DNA of 64,000 nt, taken from positions 38,874,001-38,938,000 of the forward strand of contig OX597824.1 in the NCBI GenBank assembly GCA_951406725.2. Direction: 5' to 3'. Numbering within the stretch: the stretch's first letter is position 1; each line of letters begins with the position of its first letter. Under the pieces are notes generated by a model that made no database searches, had not been told where the DNA came from, and saw nothing but the letters and a program-made list of their open reading frames with translations. The stretch comes from Octopus vulgaris. Lineage: Eukaryota. Of this stretch, positions 1 to 13,171 are shown one piece after another. Both the position numbers and the translations under genes were made by a program.

Positions 1-460
1 CTGCAATTGGTGTGAAATTTATTTGTTGATGGGGTCGAGGTGGGGTATAAACCCACAGGGATTGACAGACCCCTGCTCTTTGTCAAGATGTCTCTCTGTC
101 TAGAAGACTAACTCGTATATAAAAACCGCTGCTCTACTGGGCGGATATCTTCCACGTTGCTTGTCTCTGGACGTTTTGTATTGTTAGTGAAAATCATTGT
201 GGTGTTGTGTAAACCACACTCGACTTAAAACCCTTGCACGCGCATTGATGACACAACTGTCAGCGATGGTTATCAAACGAGTTGACAACCATCATTTATG
301 GATATATATATGTGTGTGTGTGTGTGTGCGTGCGTGTATGTATATGTGTACATGTGTGCATTTGCAGATTCTGTGAACGAAGTTTTACTTTCCCCAGGCC
401 AATTGGAGTAATTTCCCTTTATTCAACGGTTTTTTTTTTGATAGCGTCTTTGTTTGTCTT

Positions 461-520
461 AATAACTGATGAGATGCCGGAGCAGACTTCAACCCCGGCA
501 TCTGAAACTCTGTATGTTTG
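461..520 (+). ncRNA. Hammerhead-ribozyme-like motif (weak stem I)
   Basis: CTGATGA (466-472), 8-bp stem GATGCCGG/CCGGCATC, then T-GAAA-CTCT-GTA. Stem I pairs poorly. Confidence 0.35.
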
Positions 521-832
521 TGTGTATTTTTGTGCTTGTTTCTCACCGCTTGGCAACTGATGCTGATTTGTCTACAGTCCTATAACTCTTAACATACGTA
601 TAAACACCAATTATGTGTGTGTGTGTGAGATATACCTATGTATGTGAGTGTGTGTGTGTGTGTGTATGTGTGTGTATGTGTGTGTGATATGTATGTATGC
701 ACATTCATACATAAAAAGATACATTTGGTACTTAATAGTATAAATACAAACGTCCATGTTGAGGAACATAATGTAGGTGCGAGAGAAAAGATAAATACAT
801 TATTGTTGGTGTTGCTGTTGTTGTAGTAGTAA

Positions 833-1060
<228 letters not shown>

Positions 1061-2563
1061 ACATTCACAATGCCCCTTCTCTTATATAAACAGTAATGTC
1101 ATCACAGATGTAATTTGTATTACACGTCTGACATGAACGTTCATTTTGTGTAACAATTCTCGTATCGGTTTCTCTCTAGCTACTTCCCCACGATCATCAG
1201 CATGATCACCACCACCACCACCACCACCACCACCGCCACCACCACCACCACCACCACCACCACCACCACCATCATCATCACTACCTACAAATTTGTGGTC
1301 ATAGTAGTATTGGTAGTGTAGTCATCGATGTCATCATCATCATCATTATCATCATTACCATCATCATCATCACCACCACCACCACCACCATCGTCGTCGT
1401 CGTCCTCTTTATCATCATCACCATCATCAACACCATTTTTGTTCTCGTCGGCGTTGTTATAATTTTCATTATCAATGTCGACATCAACTTCTTGGTATTC
1501 GTGGTGGTAAGCATGGTAGTGTAATCGTCGTCGTCGTCGTCATTATCATCATCATCATCATCATCATCATTGCTATCATCATCACCATCATCATCACCAT
1601 CTTCATCAAGACGTCAACTTTATTCATTTACAGAGTCAATTTCCACCGACGTCGACTTTGCCGTTCATCCTTTCGGGGGTCGATAAATTAAGTACCAGTG
1701 AAACAACTGTGGTCGAAGTACTTGACCACCAAATTTCAAGCCTTGTGCCTTGAGTAAAAAGGATCATTCATTAACAGAGTCCTGTTAATCGTTGTTATTA
1801 TCGCCGGCATTATGGTTGTTGGAAATGTGAAATAATGCTAACAATTAACTCGGTATCATCTATACACACATATACAAAAACATTCATGCCACTCCATGCT
1901 CCTAAATAGAAACACTGCTAATCAAGATCTAATTAAGACTAAATTTACAGAATACGCTCCAGTGAGACACAGTGCATAGCAAATACTTAATTCAGTTAAT
2001 ACACTGGTTAATGGATTAATGAAAATGGAAGTAAATTGACTAGAAGTGACGACATTGACATCCAATAATCAAATATATAGAACTGGTGAAATCCCTGGGT
2101 TTTGTTAATAAAATCCCCCCCATTTGCCGAGAGTACAAGTACCCTCTAGTATAGTATCTTCTAGTGATGTCTGAAGTTCAGAAATGGCGACTGAGTTACA
2201 TCGTTCAATGTACTAAGTGTAGCAATGAATACCACTGAAAATGTAATTCGTTCTCCTGCATGCCGATGTCGACAAATGATAGCCAACTCTGTTACATGTA
2301 AACAATGAAATAATACAGTTTAAAAAAAACTGACGGGAAGTGGTTGTGTTGTTTCTAACAATTCTCCATAGATTGTTTACATGAAATTATCAGATTTCAC
2401 TGCCGGTAGATCCTGCATTTTACGTTCACTTTTTAAACCCACAAAACCGCATATTTACCCTTAATTCTACCATTCATTAAATCTCACTTGGTTTATTAAT
2501 TTTTTTTGTTATAATTCAACATTTGTCATTCAGATATTTTTCATTGGTATCTATTTATTTCAG

Positions 2564-2841
2564 GAAGCCGAGAGGCTGCATTCGTATACGCCATATCTTC
2601 TTCTGCTGTAGTGCATGCAATCACACGAGCCTGTAGTAAAGGGACGTTGCGGGACTGTTCTTGTGATCCTACAAAAATGGGCAAAGGACGTGATAAAAAA
2701 GGCAATTTTGAATGGGGAGGCTGCAGTGACAACGTGCGCTACGGGAGCGACTTTTCACGAATGTTTATTGATGCGCGAGAAAAAAAAGTTCGTGATGCCA
2801 GAGCGCTAATGAATCTACATAACAACAGAGCTGGGAGGAGG
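2564..2841 (+). CDS. wnt2: Wnt2 internal coding exon ((G)[26 protein letters not shown]...[16 protein letters not shown])
   Basis: Acceptor tttcag ends at 2563 and donor gtaaga starts at 2842. Wnt motifs [21 protein letters not shown] and [11 protein letters not shown] are present. [20 protein letters not shown] and [15 protein letters not shown] match the Wnt2 subfamily. Confidence 0.95.
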
Positions 2842-3629
2842 GTAAGATATGATCTCTTTCTACATTTATTTTGTGTTTAACTTTATACTTCACCAAAACC
2901 TATTCAGGGCAAACATTTTACAAGACCATCTACTATGTATATAGATGTACAAACATGTCTGAATACCTACAGGCATATATTTATATATTAACAAAAGAAG
3001 TGGTCAGTGGCATGTACTTGAATAATATGGACAAATGCAGGAGTATCAAATACCATACAACATAAATTCCTGATTTTCTTTCTTGGCGAGTCAGCTTTGG
3101 AGAATTATTGATTCTTGTCATACCTCCCTATCTCATATGTAGTTGATCTTTATTGCTATTTGGCAATTGTGACGCATCCTATAGAGGCAAAGATAATTTC
3201 AATATATCAGTAATTTGTATTGTATGGTATTTGATGTACCTATTTTGTCTTTTTGTCTCTGTCTACCTGACTGACTCTCCCCCCTCATCTCATTCTGCAT
3301 ATATCTGTGTGTCTTTGTGTGAAGGAGCGTGGCTTAGTGGTTAGGGTGTTTCTATTCCCAGTCCGGCTGTGCGTTGTGCATAAAGTAAAACACTTCAATT
3401 CAGGTAGGTTCAGTCCACTGAGCTGTATACAGCTAACCATAGGAAGGACCGGCGTTCCGTTCAGTGGAAATGTCCACCTGCCCGCCGACCTAACAAGGTA
3501 ACATAATTCGAAAGCTATGCGAGGTAGTGCACTTTGAGCAGCGCATTCGTATACACAAATGTGTATAATACAATATACTTACTGCACTATTTCTTTCCAC
3601 ATTAGAATATATATGTGTATGTGAATATA

Positions 3630-3660
<31 letters not shown>

Positions 3661-3674
3661 TGTATGTATGTATG

Positions 3675-3723
<49 letters not shown>

Positions 3724-3725
<2 letters not shown>

Positions 3726-5212
3726 TGAACCACAAAAGAAACGTTGCACACATACTAAATATAAACCGGTTTGTTAACAGACTACCATAGCATTGACTGA
3801 AAAGTGCTAATTAAGACACCGTTGTTTCCTAATGATAAAACGTCATTTTCTGAAATCTGTTTGACATCACATGGTGTCACGTGATGACGGAGCGTCCTTG
3901 ATACAAAGAGATGAACTCAATATCTCGTGTGACCACGGTTAGCCAGGCATTTCTGTACATTGAATGCACCAAACGATAGATGAAGGCCATGGGTATAGCA
4001 GCGCACACACTGTTAAAGCTTGCAGTGAGTTGCACTGCAGTTGTTGGCCTTGGACAGATGTCATTTGGCCTTCTTTGGATTTCGTCCCACAGGTGCTCTA
4101 TGGGGTTCCAGTCCGGACGTAGGGAAGGCCATGGCAGTATCTGTATGCTGTGCTGTTGGAAGAAGCCTGTTGTCAAGCTGGCAGTATGGGCGCGGGCGTT
4201 GTCGTGTTGGAACACGTGATTCCGATGACTAGCACAGTATGTCACGATGTGAGGCATCAACACTTGGTCGATGCAGCGACAACGGTTACTCCATTGCCCC
4301 GGTCTTGGCCTATGTTTTGGAAGACTACCGGTCCAAGTTTCTGGTTGAGTGCAACTCCACCTCATACCATGAGGCTCTGTCTTCCCCATGAGTCTCTCTC
4401 CACCACACAGCCCTTGACATGACGTTCCCTTCTTCTTCAAACCCTAGCTCTGCCATCTGCCACAGAAATGCAATATCGACCAACGTCAGAGAAGACTACA
4501 GTCCTCCACTGCTTATGTCGCCAGTTCTGACGTTTTTGAGCCCACAGCAAACGTGCCCGTCGATGACGATCTGTGAGGATAGTGCCCCTAACCGGACGTC
4601 GACAGGACATTAAAAGATTTCAGCTGATGGCGAACTGTCTCTGCACAAATGCGTCTGCGGTGAGTCCCTATGGTCTGTCCAGCTGATACCTTTGCCCTCC
4701 GGAATCGGTCCTGCAAGTGCTGTCGGTGCAGGTGACGATTTTGACGTGCCGCTGTAACCCTTGGTCAACCACTGCGTGGACGATCATCCATGCCCTTTGT
4801 GGCGTTGTATCGTTCCCTAAGCTGCTCAATTGTCCGAATACTGCAGATCAAATCATTAGCAATGACCTATGGACGTCCGATGGCTTGCTCCCTCTGATTT
4901 CGTGTCAGTCTTGGCATGCTTGCTGCGTCCGGGAAACGAACGACAGGCTTTTATACCCAATAAGTCAACGTTTAGCACGTCCGTCATGCTTTTCATAAAG
5001 ATGCGTTCGCAAGCATTACCATGTTCACGAAGAGTGAGCGAGTTCGAATTCTGCATGCAATCCTTGTGTTTTCAAAAGAGAATGGTGTTGTGGGTCAGTG
5101 ACATCTTCCTGATGTCAAATTATCTAGAAATGTGACAAAATCCATGTAATCTCAATATCGTGTGTGAAAGAAATAATCTTTTACAGTGCAACGTGTCTTT
5201 TGTAGTTCAATA
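3724..5212 (-). mobile_element. Full-length, decayed Tc1 (DD34E) DNA transposon in a Wnt2 intron
   Basis: Imperfect TIRs ATTGAACCACAAAAGAAACGTTGCAC (3724-3749) and GTGCAACGTGTCTTTTGTAGTTCAAT (5186-5211). Transposase starts MPRLTRNQREQAIGR (ATG at 4917). Motifs VFSD and QHDNARAH...WP...PDWNPIEHLW, with 34 residues between D and E. Stops and frameshifts are present. Confidence 0.9.
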
Positions 5213-5226
5213 TATCTATCTGTCTG

Positions 5227-5321
<95 letters not shown>

Positions 5322-5775
5322 ATCTATCTATCTATCTATCTATATATATATAGATATATTCACAGAATAGTTACAAAATAAGAACGTGCGTGGCATTATA
5401 TAAAATAATATGTTCAAAAATTATAGAGAAACACAAAAAACGGAACAAACGGAAAATACACATAGAATGTCCCTTGATCCTCATCAGTTCAAAGGATTGG
5501 TAGGAAATTGTTATGATCCTTTGGACTATAACTAATAAAGATTTAGCGACATTGTATGTGTGCATTTTCCGTTTGTTTCGTTCGTTGTATGTATGTATGT
5601 ATGTATGTATGTATGTATGTATGTATGTATGTATGTATGTATGGTGTGTGTGGTGTGTGTGTGAATTTTATAGACAATACGTGACCATGCATGTATTATC
5701 ATGTAAGACATTATTTCCTCTCCCCACACAACGTTTTCCCTTCACTGATAGCATGTTTATTCTTCTCTTCTGGAG

Positions 5776-6040
5776 GCAGTAAAACGCTTCATGAAGCTGG
5801 AATGCAAGTGCCATGGAGTTTCGGGTTCCTGTTCCATACGTACATGCTGGTCTGCGATGATGGAATTCCGTAGAGTTGGCGACTACCTCAAAAACAAATA
5901 CAATGGTGCTGTACAAGTAATGATGAACCAAGAAGGTACTGGACTTATTGTGGCCAACAAAGACCACAAGCGACCGACCAGATCTGATCTCGTCTATTTC
6001 GAGTCATCACCCGATTATTGTGTCAGAGATCTTGAAATTG
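5776..6040 (+). CDS. wnt2: Wnt2 coding exon ([19 protein letters not shown]...[18 protein letters not shown](G))
   Basis: Contains [10 protein letters not shown] (lipidated-Ser motif) and the Wnt2-type [13 protein letters not shown]. Phase-0 start follows a pyrimidine tract plus GAG. Donor gtaag at 6041 (phase 1) fits the next exon. Confidence 0.95.
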
Positions 6041-6120
6041 GTAAGAATTGATTTTGTGATTCGCTGCAGCTGCTGTTTTTTTTTTTTTTTTTTGTCGTTG
6101 TAATTTTTGTTGTTGACGAA

Positions 6121-6545
6121 AGCGGTGAGCTGGCAGAATCGTTAGCACGCCGGGCGAAATGCTTAGCCGTATTTCGTCCGACCCTACGTTCTGAGTTCAA
6201 ATTCCGCCGACGTCGACTTTACATTTCATCCTTTCGGGGTCGATAAATTAAGTACCAGTTACGCACTGGGGTCGATCCAATCGACTTAATGCCTTTGTCT
6301 GTCCTTGTTTGTCCACTCTATGTTTAGCCCCTTGTGGGCAATAAAGAAATAAGAATCGTTAGCATGCCGGGCAAAATGTTTAGCAGCATTTCGTCCGCCC
6401 TTACGTTCTGAGTTCAAATTCCGCCGACGTCGACTTTACATTTCATCCTTTCAGGGTCGATAAAATAAGTACCAGTTGAAGACTGGGGTCTGTAATCCTT
6501 CACCTAAAGTTGCTGCTCTTGTGTCAAATTTTGAAACCGCTATTA
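6121..6545 (+). mobile_element. Two tandem copies of tRNA-derived SINE family A
   Basis: A-box-like GCTGGCAGAATCG and B-box GAGTTCAAATTCC, body GTCGACTTT..TTTCATCC..AAGTACCAG. Same family as 12688-12919. Confidence 0.85.
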
Positions 6546-6608
6546 TTGTTGTTGGCGATTTCAAAATACCACTATTTGGTTGATTTCGTTATTATTCATG
6601 CTAGCAAG

Positions 6609-6669
<61 letters not shown>

Positions 6670-7239
6670 ACGTTCGCACGTGCTCACACACATAATGATA
6701 TGTTAATGTAAGATCCAAGAATCTAGATGTAGGACGCTAGTAAGCTTCGAGCAGTCCGTACAAGTTATAAAAAAATAACTTTCGGAAACAATAGTGGTTT
6801 ATTGGTGTAGAAGGTTGTAAATTTTTCCTATGTCGAAGTTTGATATGCCGAACAAAGTTATGTTATAGCTAATGGTTAGTAACTAGGATAGCTATGTATG
6901 CGAATATATAAATACACATAATTGACTCTTGAGTGCAACAGGTAACATGCAACCCAGGACAACCTGTTGCTTGGACCGTCAGCAACTAAACCGGCAACAC
7001 CAAAAAGCGTGCTTGGTGAATAAGATGGCTTTTGGACACCTTGCAGTATGATAAGCAAGGCCTGTCAAAGCGTGAATGAAATCATAAGACATTCGATTAC
7101 GTGTTATATATACATTTATACATATATAGCAAGTGACCTGATCCGAGATCGTGTGCTGGAACGAAAACAATTGCAGCGTGGAAGGTGTTTATAAGCCATT
7201 TAAGAAGCACACAAGATTCACTTCAACATTTACATTTAA

Positions 7240-7290
7240 TTTGTCAAAATATTTTCATCGCTTTGAGACCGCGACCTGGTTACTGACAAA
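7240..7290 (-). ncRNA. Minimal type I hammerhead-like fold with variant core (G3...C8)
   Basis: Minus strand reads UUUGUCA-GUAACCA-G-GUCGC(GGUCUCAAA)GCGAU-GAAA-AUAU-UU-UGACAAA: 7-bp stem I, 5-bp stem II, palindromic stem III. Confidence 0.5.
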
Positions 7291-7573
7291 ATTGTATACA
7301 TATACAAATACAATTATCCTTATAATCATTAGGGCGGTGAGAATTGATAGTGAGTTGCGTTATATAATTCAGCTCTCTACGTTCCGCCGAGGTGGAGTTC
7401 GTCTCTCACCCAACGAAGGGCAATAGTGTTAATTAACAGTCAAGTACTGGGGTCAGTGAATTAACACCTCTCTCGACATTTGCTGGCCTTGTGCCAAAAT
7501 TTGAAATATTGAACTAAACATTCAACTCTCATTAGAGAGTAAAAAAAAATCCTGGCAGTTATTTATTCCAGTT

Positions 7574-8010
7574 AAGGCAGCAAGTTGGCAGAATCGTTAG
7601 CCCACCGGGTGAAATACTTAGCAGCATTTCGTCCATTTTTTGCGTTCTGAATTCAAAATTCGCAGAGGTCGACTTTACCTTTCATACTTTCGGAATCAAT
7701 AAAATAAGTACCAGTTGAGGACTGGTGTCAATTTGATAGACCTACCCCTGCCAAAATTTGAAATCGTTATGAATTTCTAGAAAACAAAAAAGCGGCGAGC
7801 AACCAGAATCATTTGCACGCCGGGCAAAATGCTTAGCGATATTTCGTCCATCATTATGTTCTGAGTTCAAAATCCACTGAGGTCGACTTTGCTTTTCATC
7901 CTTTCTGGTTCCATAAAATAAATACCAGTTAAGCACTGTGGTCGATGTTATCGGCTTATCCACTTCCTCGAAATTGCTGGCCTGGTGCCAACATCTGAAA
8001 CTAATACTTA
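7574..8010 (+). mobile_element. Two diverged SINE family A copies
   Basis: Same head/body motifs as 12688-12919, starting at about 7574 and 7792. Confidence 0.8.
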
Positions 8011-8525
8011 TTCCGGCTGCTTATGTCTAGAGTTCGATAAAATAAAATGCCACTGTAATACTGTAGTTGATAGTATCTACCAGTCTATTTCCCCCAGAAA
8101 TTGCTGGCCTTTTGCCCCTAAATTAGAAACCATTATCTTTCTAATCAAATTAATTTCTCAAACAATACTCCATTATCTTAAAATAAAACAAAATAATGGT
8201 ACTGCTACATAAGTTAATGCAGTCCTAGGTGGCCTTAAAAAAAAATGAATAACAAAGGATCTTTACGGTTGGAATGACTTTGATCAGAGGTCCGCTTCAT
8301 TCCAGATTGACCTCATAGCTAAACAACAACGGTAACAACAAGAACAAGTAAATTATTAATAAAAACGAAAAAAAAAAAAATCAAGACGTGATCAACACGA
8401 GACGCGAATGAATTTAATTATAAAAGTACAAAAATAACTGCTAACATTTATAATTAATTTTTAATGAGAAAACGTAATTAGATTGATTTAGGATCGGAGA
8501 TCATGCGTGAAAGAAAGGGGGAGAA

Positions 8526-8610
<85 letters not shown>

Positions 8611-9025
8611 TGAAGGAAATGAAAACGAGCAATGTTTTATGTTTCACGTGTCTGATCTTTCTGTGAACTTAATGTTTGTATTGTGGTTGGTCGGGTTCCC
8701 AGGTCATCTGCGATGTATAGCAGACCTATGATGAAAAAGAGTTCGACCGGTCTTTCTTTCTTTTTTTTTTATATTTGTTTCCTTCATTTGTTCCTATCTC
8801 ATCTATATTTTAGATTAGACAAAGTGTATCGTGAACTACATTGTAGAATGTGATTTTCCGCTTCTTCTTTTCTTCCAGACGTGCGTTAAATTGTTATTTA
8901 AGGGAAATTTGTCAGCTGTTTCTTGCAAACAGTCTGAATATATAGCAGTCTTGTATACACACACACACACACACACAAATTTACTTGTGCGCGTCAAGTG
9001 TTTATTTTCATTGTGTATACAGTGA

Positions 9026-9340
9026 GGGCGCGTGGCTTAGTGGTTAGGGCATTCGGCTCGTGATTGTAAAGTTGTGAGTTCGATTCCCCGCGACACGTTG
9101 TGTCCTTGAGCAAGACACTTTATTTCACGTTGCTCTAGTCCACTCAGCTAGCAAAAATGAGTAGTACCTGTATTTCAAAAGAGCCAGTCTTGTCACACTC
9201 TGTGTCACGCTGAATCTCCTTGAGAACTACGTTAAGGGTACACGTGTCTGTGGAATGCTCAGCCACTTGCACGTTAATTTCATGAGCAAAACTGTTCCGT
9301 TGATCGTATCAGCTGGGACCCTCGTCGTCGGAGTGCTCCT
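9026..9340 (+). mobile_element. tRNA-derived SINE family B with CORE-like segment
   Basis: A box TGGCTTAGTGG, B box GAGTTCGATTCC, followed by TGTGTCCTTGAGCAAGACACTT (resembles the MIR/CORE domain). A degenerate relative lies near 3325-3530. Confidence 0.75.
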
Positions 9341-9563
9341 ATTGTGTATACAGACTTATTAGTTATTCGTTATAACATCGAGCATTAACTAAAAAAATTC
9401 TATAGAACAATAGAGCAATGTGTGTGCATGTGCGCGTGCATATAATTATGCTTGTGAATGCGTACGCATGTGTTTCCATGGCTATGCTTGCACTTCGGTA
9501 TGCGGAATAGAAAGCAATTATATTCAACTTTGATATAAATTAATTAAATTCAATAACATTATT

Positions 9564-9775
9564 GATTTCAAATTATGGCACAAGGCCAGAATTTCCAAGG
9601 AAAGTGGTTAGTCGACTACATCGTCCCCAGTATTCAACTGGTACTTATTCTATCAACCCCTAAAGGATGAAAGGCAAGGGTAACCTCGGAGAGTGTGAAC
9701 TCAGAATGTGAAGACGGACGAAATGTCGCAAAATATTTCGCCCGCCATGTTAACGATTCTGTTAGCTCGTCGCTT
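9564..9775 (-). mobile_element. SINE family A copy, minus strand
   Basis: Reverse complement of the family A body (CTGGTACTT..GGATGAAAGGCAA..GAACTCAGAA). Confidence 0.8.
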
Positions 9776-9817
9776 TCTATTACATCATATTTTATATTAT
9801 CATATTATGTATTATAT

Positions 9818-9902
<85 letters not shown>

Positions 9903-10229
9903 CAGACAGAGACAGGGAGAGGGAAAGTGAAAGAAGGGGTGCTAAACATTTTGCCAGGCGTTCTAACGATTCTGCCAGAACACACGCCTCTCCTTTCTTT
10001 CCGGTTCCCATGCCGAGTAATTAATTAATAATATTAAATATAACCGCCCAAAAGCTATACTGATGAGAAATGCATATAGAAACGTCTTTACAGATGACAG
10101 AAACGACTGTTTACTTACTCATACACATACATACATGCATACATACATACATACATACATGCATAAAAATACATACATACATACATACATACATACATAC
10201 ATAAAAATACATACATACATACATAAAAA

Positions 10230-10262
<33 letters not shown>

Positions 10263-10730
10263 GATGGTAGTAAACTCGTGAGCTGGGAAGACTACTTCCT
10301 AAATGCAGTAAGTACGTGTAAACCTTAAAAGAGTCCAGAAAACACCCGTGTGTGTGAGCTAGATTGGTGCAATTTGTTGGCGCAACAGATTTTGAGATGA
10401 GCAGAAACGAACTGCATTTTAGATTTTATTTACCAGTTTGCCTTCTCCGAGAAGGAAGTTCTAACGAGAGCAAGGGTTTCTTCACTTCACCAGTGTAAAT
10501 TTGAGAACAACGGAGGCTACGATGTGGCTCCACAGCCCTCAAAACCCTGGAGCTCTCGTACCAGGGCTCGACTACTCGATGCAGTCATACCAAGGACATA
10601 TCATTCATACATACATACATACATACATGCATACATACATACATACATACATACATACACACATATATGTATACATACATGCTACCTACATGCATATTAA
10701 ACTAATCTCTGTTCTCAGCCTGTCTATTTA

Positions 10731-10853
<123 letters not shown>

Positions 10854-10886
10854 ATAAATAAATGGATGGATAACTAGCTAGCTATA

Positions 10887-11040
<154 letters not shown>

Positions 11041-11308
11041 CAGATTTGTGTACGAATGTTTACCTTTATGTTGTAATTATATGCAAAATATGAATGTTTA
11101 TAGCGTAAAGTGCGTAATTCTAATCAATTTACAAAGGCAAATGATGCGACCGCAAAAGATGGGGAGCGGGGTTTAGATGAGGTCACGTATGACTGAGAAC
11201 AGTAACAAATATTGAAGGTATTTGAGCTGAACCGTGAACAGGCCACTTGTCATGCTTTGCTTGAACTGATATTTGGTTACGCTTCACCCAACGTTAACTC
11301 CTTCACAC

Positions 11309-11383
<75 letters not shown>

Positions 11384-11536
11384 CACACACACACACACGA
11401 ACGCACGCGCGCGCATACACACACACACTAATATACACACATACAAAGGAAAACAAACACACATACACACACATTAATATACACACGTATCCACATAAAT
11501 TTCAATACACTTGATCTCATCGAACTTTCGTTAAAC

Positions 11537-11537
11537 G

Positions 11538-11569
<32 letters not shown>

Positions 11570-11570
11570 T

Positions 11571-11651
<81 letters not shown>

Positions 11652-11905
11652 ATGGTAGTAATTGTAGTGGTAATGATGCCAGCGGCGGCAGTAGCGATGG
11701 TAGTTGTGGTGGCTGGGACATAGTTGTTGGAGGTGATGTTGGTGGTGGTAATGATGATGGTAGTGGTGAGCGTGATGACGATGGTGGTGGTGGTAGTGAT
11801 GGGGGATATTGTTGGTAATGGCGGTGGTAGAGATGGCGTTGTTGCTGGTAGCGATGGTAATGATGATGAGATTGGGAGAGGTGTTGTCGGTGATGGTTGT
11901 TGTTG
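11537..11905. repeat. (TAG)n microsatellite decaying into a GTN/GAT triplet tract
   Basis: Directly visible. Confidence 0.9.
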
Positions 11906-12204
11906 TTGTTCTTCTTCTTCCAATCAGGACCCACGCCATTAGCCACAAAGAATAATCTCTAATTCGAGCCTACTCTAAGCTACTAAGAATGCGTGTGGCA
12001 ACTCGAAGATCCACTCACCACACGCGACAGACTGGCGGTTGCACGGGCGCGAAAGCTACGTTGTTACCCTCATTCCGTAAACGGTGGATTTTAACGGGTG
12101 GAGAGCTGAACCATCCTGGGGTACAGAGGATTCGCAATCTAGACTAGGGTCTGAAAGTTTACCACACCATAGCGGGTTACACCATGGTTCCTCTGCTTTG
12201 TGGA

Positions 12205-12400
12205 AGAAGTAGGAAGAAAGAGCGAGAGAAAGTTGTGGTGAAAGTGTACAGCGGGGTTCACCAGCCTCCTCCGCCGGAGCCTCGTGGAACTTAGGTGTTT
12301 TTGCTCAATAAACACTCACAATGCCCGGTCTGGGAATCGAAAGCGCGTTCATACAACCGCGTGTCTGCTGCCCTAACCACTGGGCCATTGCGTCTCCACA
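12205..12400 (-). mobile_element. tRNA-derived SINE family D (other copies at about 17655-17970 and 21725-21970)
   Basis: Shared GAGAGAAAGTTGTGG...AAACACACAC(A)..TTCGAACCC..CTAACCAC(T)..GCCA. Read on the minus strand this is a tRNA-like head with A/B boxes. Confidence 0.7.
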
Positions 12401-12687
12401 TGTTGTTGTTGGAGGTGGTGGTGATATTAGCTGTAGTATTGGCTACAGCAGCGGTTGTAATGTTGATGATGGAGGAAATAGTGTAATTTGGACAGTGGTG
12501 AAGGTGGATGAGTTGCTGCAGAGAAGTGATGACGCGGTTTGTGTTTCTGATAATGGTAGCGGCGATGGTATTAGCATATTAAATAAACGTTGAGGTGGTG
12601 GTGGTCTGGTGGTAGTAGGGATATTGGTTTCAAATTTTGGATGTCTATAAAATCGACTTCAGTCCTTATCTCTAAACTGATGGTAAA

Positions 12688-12919
12688 GGCGGCGAGCTGG
12701 CAGAAACGTTAGCACGCCGGGCGAAATGCTTAGCTGTATTTCGTCTGCGTTACGTTGTGAGTTCAAATTCCGCCGAGGTCGACTTTGCCTTTCATCCTTT
12801 CGGGGTCGATAAATTAAGTACCAGTTACGCACTGGGGTCGATGTAATCGACTTAATACCTATGTCTGTCCTTGTTTGTCCCCTCTGTGTTTAGCCCCTTG
12901 TGGGTAATAAAGAAATAGG
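12688..12919 (+). mobile_element. Well-preserved SINE family A copy
   Basis: GGCGGCGAGCTGGCAGAAACGTTAGCACGCCGGGCGAAATGC...GAGTTCAAATTCCGCCGAGGTCGAC...AATAAAGAAATAGG. Further copies near 1633, 13438, 22392, 25150, 28946(-), 44010, 53900(-), 56636 and 56866. Confidence 0.9.
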
Positions 12920-13171
12920 TAATATGTTACTCTTGATAGCGATGACTAACATGATTTTGTGGCAGCTTTAGTAGTGGCTACAGGACATTTTACCTTACCT
13001 CCCCGTGAACACAAAACGACGATCGATCGGCTGAAGTTCTCTACGAAATCTCGGTAACTTAGTTGCATCATTAAATACATTTCTTACTATGTCTCTGTTG
13101 AAATACTCAACCTATGTTTCAATTAATCGCCATCTCTAAAACTCATGGCTTTGTGCAAAAATTTGAAACCA

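Noticed and set aside
9026-9100. tRNA gene-like sequences (also the heads at 12688, 41613 and 53178)
   Set aside because: A/B boxes are followed by SINE bodies and there is no complete cloverleaf; they are SINE heads.
10060-10090. CTGATGA...GAAACGTC
   Set aside because: Neither stem I nor stem II pairs convincingly.
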